From Bacteroidia bacterium (GTDB taxonomy: Bacteria > Bacteroidota > Bacteroidia > UBA7662): 50,992 nt of DNA. The DNA lies in assembly GCA_049317645.1 (NCBI GenBank), contig JBMOHV010000002.1, positions 1 to 50,992 on the forward strand, in the 5' to 3' direction. Position 1 is the first letter of the stretch, and each line of letters begins with the position of its first letter. Of this stretch, positions 9,815 through 18,600 are shown piece by piece. A program made the position numbers and the translations under genes. The notes beneath the pieces are model-generated. The model saw only the letters and a list, made by a program, of their open reading frames with translations, was not told the origin of the DNA and ran no database searches.

Positions 9815-10655
9815 TATCCAAGTAAGAAGAAAGCGCGGACCCCAGCACATTGAATCCCAGGACCATCGTAAAAATGAGTCCGGCCGGAGCCCAAACGAGG
9901 TGAGGCGCGCCCAATAAGAGGTACGGATAATGCTCCCGTAACATGGTTCCCAGCGATGGAACCGGCGGTTGGACCCCCAGACCCAGAAATCCGAGTCCTG
10001 ACTCAAGCAAAATAGCCGAACCAAACACCGAAGCGGCCATGACCAACAAGGGTTTGAACAGGTTGGGCAAAAGCTGGACCGTCATTAAGTGCCAATCCGA
10101 AAAACCCATCATGCGGGCAGCCATAACAAATTCTCTTTCGCGCAGGGCCAAAACTTGACCGCGTACAATTCGGGCCACATCCACCCACATGGTTAATCCA
10201 ATGGCCACAAAAACCTGCCACCATCCTCTGCCCAATGCCAACGAAAAAGCCAAGACCAGCATCACCGAAGGCAGGGACCAAATCACCTGCATCAACCAAG
10301 ACAAAACACGATCAACCCAGGAGCGATAAAAGCCAGCCACCATGCCTACCGTGGTACCAAAAACAAGGGCCAACACCATGGCCGCCAATCCTGTCCCCAG
10401 CGAAACCCGGATTCCCCAAACCAAGCGGCTTAGCAAATCCCTGCCCAGGGTATCGGTCCCCAACCAATGCCGAATCGCGCCCTGATGCATCAGCGGCTGC
10501 ACCGCTTGATCTGGATTTTGGGTATTGGCATAGGGGGTAGGGTCCGGCAGCGCATAGACCCCAAAAACCGAAAGCAACAAAAGCAGAACCAAATACCCAC
10601 CGCTTGTCGCCAAGACGATCCGCACTGACCTGGAATGTTGGTTGCCTTCCTTCAT
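9804..10655 (-). CDS. ABC transporter permease, DppC/OppC-like (binding-protein-dependent type)
   Basis: WLGTDTLGRDLLSRLVWGIRVSL (the DppC/OppC N-terminal signature) and an EAA-loop-like MAARMMGFSDWHLMTVQLLPN. Six predicted TM segments. Confidence 0.8.
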   Translation of the reverse strand: MKEGNQHSRSVRIVLATSGGYLVLLLLLSVFGVYALPDPTPYANTQNPDQAVQPLMHQGAIRHWLGTDTLGRDLLSRLVWGIRVSLGTGLAAMVLALVFGTTVGMVAGFYRSWVDRVLSWLMQVIWSLPSVMLVLAFSLALGRGWWQVFVAIGLTMWVDVARIVRGQVLALREREFVMAARMMGFSDWHLMTVQLLPNLFKPLLVMAASVFGSAILLESGLGFLGLGVQPPVPSLGTMLREHYPYLLLGAPHLVWAPAGLIFTMVLGFNVLGSALSSYLDTKC

Positions 10656-10667
10656 CGTCCAACAAAT

Positions 10668-11870
10668 TTAGCCGTAGTTCCGACCCTTCCATGTGAATTT
10701 GCCTCGGTAACCAGCCAGACCGGCCCCCAACGTATAGGGCAAATACCATAGCTGCGTCCAAAGCAAAAGACCCCAATGGGCCGACCGCTCGTAAAAGCCG
10801 GCAACTGTACGCGTATAAAGACCATCCATCCATGCCTTGAGGCCCCAGGTCCCCAAAGCCATCGCTACCAGTCCGTATTGGCTTTGCAGCGCGCCACCAA
10901 CGAGCGTTCCCAAGAGGAGGGCATGCATGAACCACACCCCTTTGAGGATGAACGAAACAACCGGATCCGGGTAGGCCCCTTGTTTGGAAATCCAACGGAT
11001 ACGCTGAGCCAAAAAATCCCGAAAAGAACCCAAAGGCGGTGTATCCACCATGGCCTGCCTATCCAAACAAAATGTAAGCGCTGTAGGGCCCCTTAAACGA
11101 CTGAATTGATGCATTAACAAATCATCATCGCCCCCTGGATGTTTCCAATTGCTATCGTAGGGTGCGGTTTCCAAAAAAGCCCCGCGATCAAAAGCCATGT
11201 TACCTCCGTTGGAAATCACCGGACGACCCAAGGCCAAGGTCGATGCCGCAATGGCATTCAAACTCATGAATTCCAGAGCCTGGCTCCTTTCCCAAAGCGT
11301 GTTAGCTGGCGATAACCGAACCGGGCCTGCCACAAAAACCAAGCCCTCCCGGCTCTCGGCTTTGGCAATCATCGTGCGGATCCACCGCGGTCCCGGAACA
11401 CAATCTGCATCCGTTACCAAAACCCAACGACCCCTGGCTTGTTGAACCCCGTAGGCGATGGCTCCCTTTTTGTGAGGAGGGAAGCCGTCGCTCCCGTCCC
11501 GTTCCAAAACACAAAAGGGGGCTTTTGAAAACCGCTCCAAAAAATTTCTTGCCTGTTCCGCTGATTCATCGGTGGATTGATCGTCAATCCATAACAATTC
11601 CCAGACAAAATCAGTCTGCTGCTCCGTCAAGGCGCGTAACAGAGGGCCCATGCGCTGGGTTTCGTTTCGGGCGGCCACCAAGACAGTCACCCAGGGCTGG
11701 GTTCCTTCGGCTTGATGGATCGAACCCCAAGCAAGGCTCCCGGTGAGGTCCGGCCTCGGTCCATGGCCCTCTCCATCGACTGCCTTTTGCCAACCCTTCG
11801 CAAAGAAGACCAGCATGCTTCTGTAAAAAAGCAAAAACACCCCAAAAACCAACCCCAAAAACCAAATCAT
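10668..11870 (-). CDS. Glycosyltransferase family 2, membrane-anchored
   Basis: VTVLVAARNETQRMGPLL, LVTDADC (DXD) and AQRIRWISKQ (QxxRW-like), with TM helices at both ends. ATG 11870 overlaps the upstream gene's stop (ATGA). Confidence 0.75.
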   Translation of the reverse strand: MIWFLGLVFGVFLLFYRSMLVFFAKGWQKAVDGEGHGPRPDLTGSLAWGSIHQAEGTQPWVTVLVAARNETQRMGPLLRALTEQQTDFVWELLWIDDQSTDESAEQARNFLERFSKAPFCVLERDGSDGFPPHKKGAIAYGVQQARGRWVLVTDADCVPGPRWIRTMIAKAESREGLVFVAGPVRLSPANTLWERSQALEFMSLNAIAASTLALGRPVISNGGNMAFDRGAFLETAPYDSNWKHPGGDDDLLMHQFSRLRGPTALTFCLDRQAMVDTPPLGSFRDFLAQRIRWISKQGAYPDPVVSFILKGVWFMHALLLGTLVGGALQSQYGLVAMALGTWGLKAWMDGLYTRTVAGFYERSAHWGLLLWTQLWYLPYTLGAGLAGYRGKFTWKGRNYG

Positions 11871-12904
11871 AGCTCCACCGGTTTCCTTTGACCTCTGAAC
11901 AACCACCACGCACCCCCAACGAGTGCTGGAAATCCAACATTGGTGAACCAAATCAGCCAAGGCACCAACATCGCATGGGTCGGTACCGGAAGCAGAGGGC
12001 CAAAAACAAGAAAAGCGGAGAGGCCCCGCAAACCTAATTCACCCAAGACTCCCAAGGGAGCAAACCAATTCACTGCCAAAACCATGGCCGACAAAAAATA
12101 AACCGAAGCCCCGTCCATTTTTAATCCCAGAAGAGCCAGCCAAAAAGCCCATTGACCCAATAACAACAGATGACGAAGGAAGGACCAGGTCTGCAATGCA
12201 ACCGGAAGATGGTACGTCTGAGCGTAGGCCTGCATTTTCCTAAACATGGCGAGCCATGCCCATCCTGCCATCCATGCCAGTCCACCAAGAGCCACCGAAA
12301 ACCAAGGCGAGTCCAAAGGCGCCCACGACCATTGCATCGCCCATCGAGCCTTGGAAGACGGATCCACCAACCACCAAGCACCCGCCGGCACCAACAAGAC
12401 CCAAACCCATTGGCTTGAAGAGGATAACCAGGTGGAAACCATGACCCTCGGGTGTTGATCCTTTGGATAAAAACGGCAACGGCCGGCAAACTCCGTTAAC
12501 CTAGCGGGAAACCATAACGACCCCAAAATCCCGTAACATAGAATAGGAATATTCTTCCGAACCCTGTTCCACCAAGACCCCTGGAAATCCCCATGCTCCT
12601 GCATCAACAGGCCCCATTTGATCGCATCCACCACCAACCCCAGCAGTGGAAATACGATAACCGCCACCAAAAGACGCCAACCATTGGCCAACCACCACAT
12701 GGATGATCCGATCACCTTAACCACCGCCGGCGCGTCCACCAAGGTCCACGTTCCGGACTTGGACCAAAATTGTACCAACAAAGCAGCCAGACCCAACCAT
12801 GGAACCAGCCCCAGCCCTACAGACCACCACCGGCTTTGGGTCAAACGAACCAAGCCCTCAGGCCACAAAGCCATCCCCTGACTTGGAGCAGTATTTTTGG
12901 TCAT
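11867..12904 (-). CDS. Trp-rich polytopic membrane protein (flippase-like/UPF0104-type suspected)
   Basis: 345 aa, about 8 hydrophobic segments, very Trp-rich. It is translationally coupled to the downstream GT2, an arrangement common for lysyl-PG-synthase-TM-like proteins. The family call is tentative. Confidence 0.4.
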   Translation of the reverse strand: MTKNTAPSQGMALWPEGLVRLTQSRWWSVGLGLVPWLGLAALLVQFWSKSGTWTLVDAPAVVKVIGSSMWWLANGWRLLVAVIVFPLLGLVVDAIKWGLLMQEHGDFQGSWWNRVRKNIPILCYGILGSLWFPARLTEFAGRCRFYPKDQHPRVMVSTWLSSSSQWVWVLLVPAGAWWLVDPSSKARWAMQWSWAPLDSPWFSVALGGLAWMAGWAWLAMFRKMQAYAQTYHLPVALQTWSFLRHLLLLGQWAFWLALLGLKMDGASVYFLSAMVLAVNWFAPLGVLGELGLRGLSAFLVFGPLLPVPTHAMLVPWLIWFTNVGFPALVGGAWWLFRGQRKPVEL

Positions 12905-12918
12905 TCACCACAAAGTAA

Positions 12919-13542
12919 ATGCCCCAAGCACCAACAGCCCGCCCCACCGACAAAGTAATCCTAGGGATTGATCCTGGAACCTTGTTGATGGGCTATGGAA
13001 TCCTGCGCATCCAAGGAAACCGGGTCTCCCTATTGGATGCAGGGCATTGGCGATTTCGCTCCACCGATTCCCATCTGCTAAGGCTAAGCCTCATTTTCAA
13101 ACAAACCCTGGCCCTCATCCAATTGCATCAACCTGATGAATTGGCCATCGAGGCCCCGTTTTTTGCGCAAAATGTTCAATCTCTGATCAAACTAGGCCGG
13201 GCCCAAGGAGCAGCCATTGCCGCGGCCTTGGAACGAGATATCCCCGTTTTTGAATACCTCCCCAAAAAAATCAAACAAGCTGTCACCGGCAACGGCAATG
13301 CTTCCAAACATCAGGTGGCCGCCATGCTAGCCACCCTGCTTCAAACACCCACCGATCACTTCAAAAACGACGCAACGGATGCCCTAGGAGCCGCCTATTG
13401 CCATTTCCTACGAATGAACGACCCGACAACAGCGGGGAATCCAACATCCACCCAAGCAACTAAAACAAAAGGGGGGTCCGGCCCCAAAAAGAAGCAAGCG
13501 TGGGAACAATTTTTGCGCAGCAACCCAGACCGCCAACTTTAA
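12919..13542 (+). CDS. ruvC: Crossover junction endodeoxyribonuclease RuvC
   Basis: ILGIDPGTLLMGYGIL, ELAIEAPFFAQNVQS, KKIKQAVTGNGNASKHQV and NDATDALGAAYCH are catalytic and structural signatures of RuvC. There is a basic C-terminal tail. Confidence 0.9.
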   Translation: MPQAPTARPTDKVILGIDPGTLLMGYGILRIQGNRVSLLDAGHWRFRSTDSHLLRLSLIFKQTLALIQLHQPDELAIEAPFFAQNVQSLIKLGRAQGAAIAAALERDIPVFEYLPKKIKQAVTGNGNASKHQVAAMLATLLQTPTDHFKNDATDALGAAYCHFLRMNDPTTAGNPTSTQATKTKGGSGPKKKQAWEQFLRSNPDRQL

Positions 13543-13593
13543 ACGACCGGATCTGCTTTAAACGATCCTATCCGCATTAAACGTTCGAATCCG
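13537..13593. repeat. Three tandem copies of a 19-bp unit (core TTAAACG)
   Basis: The units are ctttaaacgaccggatctg / ctttaaacgatcctatccg / cattaaacgttcgaatccg; adjacent units share 15/19 positions. The array fills the convergent ruvC/HIT gap. Unit 1 supplies the ruvC stop codon and unit 3 supplies the HIT stop codon. Confidence 0.7.
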
Positions 13594-13972
13594 AGCTCAA
13601 AAAACCCTGGATACGCGCTGCATGCTCCTGCAATTCCTCCGGACTGGGGCGCAACTTGGGACGAGCAAAGGAAAGATCCACTACGTCGTCGATGGGCACC
13701 AAATGAACATGGGCATGCGGTACCTCCAGCCCAATAACCGCCATTCCTACCTTGCGACAAGGAAAGGCCGATTGAATAGCTGGTGCCAATTGACGAACCA
13801 AAGCCCAAACCGCTGTATAATACGGCTCAGGGACTTCGTAAAGCGCATTGACTTCGATTTTGGGTATCACCAAAACATGGCCAAATGCCAAAGGGAAGAT
13901 ATCCAAGAAGGCCAAGGCATGCTCGTTCTCTGCAACAACATGCGCAGGGATCTCCCCACGAACAATCTTCAT
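13577..13972 (-). CDS. HIT-family (histidine triad) nucleotide hydrolase
   Basis: MKIVRGEIPAHVV..., GHVLVIPK and HAHVHLVP (the HxHxHxx triad). The track start at 13987 is a GTG; ATG 13972 gives the usual HIT N-terminus. Confidence 0.85.
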   Translation of the reverse strand: MKIVRGEIPAHVVAENEHALAFLDIFPLAFGHVLVIPKIEVNALYEVPEPYYTAVWALVRQLAPAIQSAFPCRKVGMAVIGLEVPHAHVHLVPIDDVVDLSFARPKLRPSPEELQEHAARIQGFLSSDSNV

Positions 13973-13997
13973 AAAGAGACCTTGCACTTATCCTAAT

Positions 13998-14474
13998 TTA
14001 GATGGTAATTTCCAAAACCTCGAGACGCATCAACCCCGAAGGCACCTGAACCTCAGCAACTTCGCCTACCTTTTTCCCTAACAATCCTTGACCAATCGGT
14101 GAACCAACACTGATTTTACCTGCCTTGAAATCGGCTTCCTTTTCCGAAACCAAGGTGTACTTCATTTCGGCCTGATTGGCCAAATTGCGCAGACGAACCG
14201 TCGTCAGAGGCTGCACTTTACCCGTATCAATTTGGGATTCATCCATAACGCGCGCCGTGGCAAGCGTCTGTTCCAGTCGTGCGATTTGCATTTCCAACAT
14301 ACCCTGAGCATCCTTGGCTGCATCGTATTCTGCATTCTCCGAAAGGTCCCCCTTGTCCCGGGCCTCCTGAATCTGCTTGGCCATATCGGAACGGCCTTTG
14401 GTTTTGAGTTGGTGCAATTCGTCCTTGAGCTTCTCAAGGCCATCGCGGGTAAAAAAAGATAGAGGGAGGCTCAT
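13998..14474 (-). CDS. greA: Transcription elongation factor GreA
   Basis: FTRDGLEKLKDELHQLK...ARDKGDLSENAEYDAAKDAQ (the GreA coiled-coil signature) plus a C-terminal globular domain. The internal ATG at 14474 (MSLPLSFFTRDG) gives the canonical length. Confidence 0.9.
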   Translation of the reverse strand: MSLPLSFFTRDGLEKLKDELHQLKTKGRSDMAKQIQEARDKGDLSENAEYDAAKDAQGMLEMQIARLEQTLATARVMDESQIDTGKVQPLTTVRLRNLANQAEMKYTLVSEKEADFKAGKISVGSPIGQGLLGKKVGEVAEVQVPSGLMRLEVLEITI

Positions 14475-14530
14475 AGCATAAAAATAAAGAACGCCCCTTA
14501 ACGGGGCGTTATTCAAAAATAAATCAAAAA

Positions 14531-15577
14531 TTAAAGACCGTAACGCACACCAAACAAGTGCGTTCCGCCAAAAGGACTGGTTCCCCTGAAGGCGTAGTCA
14601 AATCCAAAATTGGAACCATTGAATGGCGCATCAATGCTGAGACCAAAACTCAAACCTGTATGCACATTTTGGGTAAATTCAGGATCGGAACCCGCATCCT
14701 CGTATTGGTAACCCGCACGGATCGCGGCAATTTTTCCAAATGCGTACTCCGCACCCACCCCGTATTGGTCGTTGGTAAAGGAATTGGAAGTAAAGTTGGC
14801 AGCGACCGTTAAGCGATTCGCCTTCTCGGCATCAAAATAAAAGTCGTAAGATCCCCCAATGTTCATCAAGGAAGGGAGTTCCAGGGTCTGTGAACGCTGG
14901 GACAAGGTCAACGGAACCGTACTACCCTGCATAACACCGCGTGCAGCAAGTCCATCCCCCGTGAAGGAGATAGGTGTGCCAACATTGCGCAAAGCAATAC
15001 CGAACTTGATACGATCATCGGGACCCGTGATGTACTGAATGCCCGCGTCAAAAGCAACACCCGAAGCATTCACATCGGAAGTTCCTTCCGTAACAATACG
15101 CAACGAAGCGCCGCCGTGAATACGATTCGAAAAAGAGCGGGCGTACGATACACCTAGATTAGCAATCGTAGGCTTGAAGGTACCGAGACCACCGTCTGGG
15201 TTGTTGACCGTGGTAATATCAATGGAACCCATGTCAACGCTCATCACCGATACAGCCAAAACACTGGATTCATCCAAGCGCTGAGCCAAACCAAAGGCGT
15301 TCATGTAGATTTCTGAACCACTCAACCAATTGGTCCTGGAAAAATACAATTCGGTTTTGCCACCCAAGGCCAATCCAGCCACATTCAGGCGCTCGGCTTC
15401 GAGGCCCTTGACATTGGCCGAATTGACACCGTACCAACCGGCCTGACGGGCCCATGGCATGATTTGCAACTCGGTTGCACCGGCCTGTCCTCGACGATCC
15501 GGATTACCGGCCAAGGCTTCAAAACTTGCAGCCGAAACCAGCATCAGGGTTCCTAAGCATGCGATACGGAATTTCAT
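14531..15577 (-). CDS. PorV/PorQ-family (FadL-like) outer-membrane protein
   Basis: Signal peptide MKFRIACLGTLMLVSAASFEALA. It is followed by GQAGATELQIMPWARQAGWYGVNSANVKGLEAERLNVAGLA. This fits the PorV-family N-terminal pattern as I remember it (G..GA..L.I....AR..G.GG...A..D..A...NPAGLA). The rest is beta-strand-like and ends in ...FGVRYGL. Confidence 0.6.
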   Translation of the reverse strand: MKFRIACLGTLMLVSAASFEALAGNPDRRGQAGATELQIMPWARQAGWYGVNSANVKGLEAERLNVAGLALGGKTELYFSRTNWLSGSEIYMNAFGLAQRLDESSVLAVSVMSVDMGSIDITTVNNPDGGLGTFKPTIANLGVSYARSFSNRIHGGASLRIVTEGTSDVNASGVAFDAGIQYITGPDDRIKFGIALRNVGTPISFTGDGLAARGVMQGSTVPLTLSQRSQTLELPSLMNIGGSYDFYFDAEKANRLTVAANFTSNSFTNDQYGVGAEYAFGKIAAIRAGYQYEDAGSDPEFTQNVHTGLSFGLSIDAPFNGSNFGFDYAFRGTSPFGGTHLFGVRYGL

Positions 15578-15618
15578 AGTCATCACCACGTCTTAATTTG
15601 GGTTTCGGTTAAAGTCGT

Positions 15619-18600
15619 TTAGAAAGTATCCAGATCCACCGGACGAAGTACGCCAAACCACTTCACGGTTTTCTCGCCGATACCGGGAGCATCCACGTGA
15701 ATTAGGTACGAACCGCTGGCAATTGGCACTTTATTTTGGTTCAACAAATCCCAATCCAGATAGGTAGCGGTCGCGTCGTCTTTGCGCAATGTCCGGATGA
15801 GGTTTCCGTTGAGAGTATAAATACGGACCGTACACTTGGTTGGCAAGTTGGTGATTTTGACACGGTTATCAATCTGGCTCACCTCGTAATTGGAAGCGCC
15901 GTAGTATGGATTGGGAACGACCCGAATCAAATCAAGAGCCGACTTGGCCACATCAAGGACCTTCTTGCGGGGAGCAATGCTACGCAGATTCACCAAGTAA
16001 TGAGGGTTCCCCTTGTTGATACCAGCCGTATCCGTAACATATTTGGAATACTTGCGCGATATCCGGATTTTGGCGGTGTAATCGTTATCCAAGAAGGTCT
16101 TGCCAGGACGGAGTAGTGGCACCGAGGTGTACAGAACGCCGTTGTAGAACAAACGAAAATCAGTCAGGGTCATGGCCTTGGGGTTGTTAACCGGCGAGGC
16201 GACACCTACTTGCCTGTTCAACTGACGCCAGGTGACATCCGCCTGATCGTAGCGGGAATTCATCACATAGATGAAGTGCCTGCCGCCCATGGGCACCCGG
16301 AAATTCTGACCACTCACGGAGAAGAATGAATCCGTTGGGTTCCATTTCATATCACCGTGCGGGTGACCGGCAATGGATGAATAACGGCTATCCTCACCGA
16401 AAGAAATATTCAATCGTTCGCCGGTTTCCAAATTGATGGCGTATCCTGGGAACCAAGACAAACCATTGCGCGAATCCCCATCGGGATTGCCTTCCTTGTC
16501 AACCGAAGGCGCAACGCGAAGGCGATTACGCAATTGACGGCCTTGGGCAAGGAGTGAATCTTCGCAGGTCTCGATAACACAGGCGCGGGTCCACTTGGAC
16601 TTGTCTTTGGTAATCACCACATCGACCGAAGCTAATTTGTCAATTTTGAAATAAGAAAAACGAACCTCGGGATTCAGCGCGCCGACGCCGGCAACACCGG
16701 GCAAGAAATTCCAAAGTCCTGGCCACCATGCAGCTGGCGCTGCATAAAGCATAGGGGACCAAGTACCACCGCGAACTTGCGGATTGGCACCTTGGCCTGT
16801 CCACTCATCTTCAGCGATGTTTTCAAAGAAACGCTGTGGATCTCCGGGGGGTATCAAACCTGCAGGATTCTGAGGCGTCGAATCCGAGCGAGGTGTTCCA
16901 CTACGAATCCAGTCAAAAATTTCGAGACGCTCATCGTCCGGTAGGAAGGAGAGCCAAGAATTTTGAGGGTTTTGGTATTGGAAGGTGGAGAATAGAACCC
17001 CATTTCCGCCGGCTGGATCATCTCCGGGATTCTTGGAATTACGAATCGTTGCGCTCAAACCAATACGCTTGAAGACGGCAGTGGTTTCGTAGTATCCCAA
17101 AATTTGTTCATTCCCCGCTACCAAAACCGTATCGGAGTAAATGGTATCCAAGGCAGCTGAACCGGTATCCCCCAAGACAACATACCAACGGCCTTGATCG
17201 TCCACGGTTGTGGCCGAACCTGGCGTTCCCTTGTACATGAACAAACGCATATCGGCCTCCGGCACGGCGGTTGGATCAATGACCTTGAGGTTGATTGGCG
17301 CGGCATTTTTCTTGTAAAGCGGCGTGGGCATAAATCCGTTTTCCAGAATAGTCAACACGTCCATGCTATCAATTTCAATGATATTGCCGCCGTTGCCGAT
17401 TCCTTCCATACGGCGAACTTCGGGTTGATCGCCGTAAACGCTGTTCAGGACTAGACCATCAAAGGTGGGCTCTGACTTGTGCGGAATACCTGTGTAGGTT
17501 TTGACATTGTTACGGCCTGGCAAATAAGGCTTCTGCTGACCGGTATCCGTTACGATATCGTAGCGAGCATAATTGTTATAACCGTAGGCAATGACCGTGT
17601 AGTAATACTTTTTGAAGTTCACCAACTGATCGGAGCCTTCGGCAAACGCATCCCTGTTGATTTTGAGGGTCATATTAACCCCTTTGTTGGTGCCGTTCAC
17701 GGCCAGGAAGGGTACAGACTGTTCCAGTTCAGCATCAAATACCCAGTTGATAATCCGGTCGACTGAATTTTGGATATCCCCCTGATAAACCATTCGAGCC
17801 TTGGACTGGTCATCCAATTCGCCGGTACTCACATTGGAAGCGGACAACTGGTAAACTTTGAAGCCTTCGAACTTATAAACCGAATCGTAAGGCGCTTGGC
17901 CGGGAGGTCTGTTATCATTCAGTGCCTTGATGACAGGATCCAATTCACGGTAACCCAAACGGTAATTATTGCTCGTTGGCTTGTAGGAGAAAGTAAGAAT
18001 TAACTCCTGATCAAGTTCGGTGATATCAACATCCGGAGCGTCAGGGCCATCGATGGTTTTGAAACAGTTATCAAACAAAGCCTGGGACTTGGAGTCGGCC
18101 TTTAACAACAAATTGAAAGAACCTCTGGCACCTCCTGATGAAGCCCGCGCCCAAACAACACCGATGGTAACATAATTGACGGCACCCGGTTGCAGCGTGA
18201 AGGGACCGGCCGACTGTACAAAACGACGGTCTGCAGGTACGTTGGGATTCGCGCCAGGGCCCGGTGCATTTTCGCTCCAATCAAACGGTGTCGCGATGGG
18301 ATTCTGACACGATCCACCGACACCCCAACCGTATTGACGGTCGGATCCGCCGGGGAACATAAGACCGCTGTTGATGGTGGGTTGTGAACCACCCGAGCCG
18401 GGGTAACCATTCCCCCCGTAAACCATGCGGGTATTGTCCCTCCAACGGCCCACCATGTAGTTGTAGGCATTCTCGGCTGTTGTTGGGTTTCCGTTGGGCT
18501 GACCATCGTTGTTGAAATACAAGAACTTAGCCATGATAATCCGCTCGGTACGTGGCTCAGGATCGCAACCACCCGCTACAAATTCATCCACCGTGCAATC

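Noticed and set aside
10312-10995. 227-aa minus-strand ORF bridging the permease and GT2 genes.
   Set aside because: It is an alternate frame of two well-supported genes, and its translation is G/R/P-rich without motifs.
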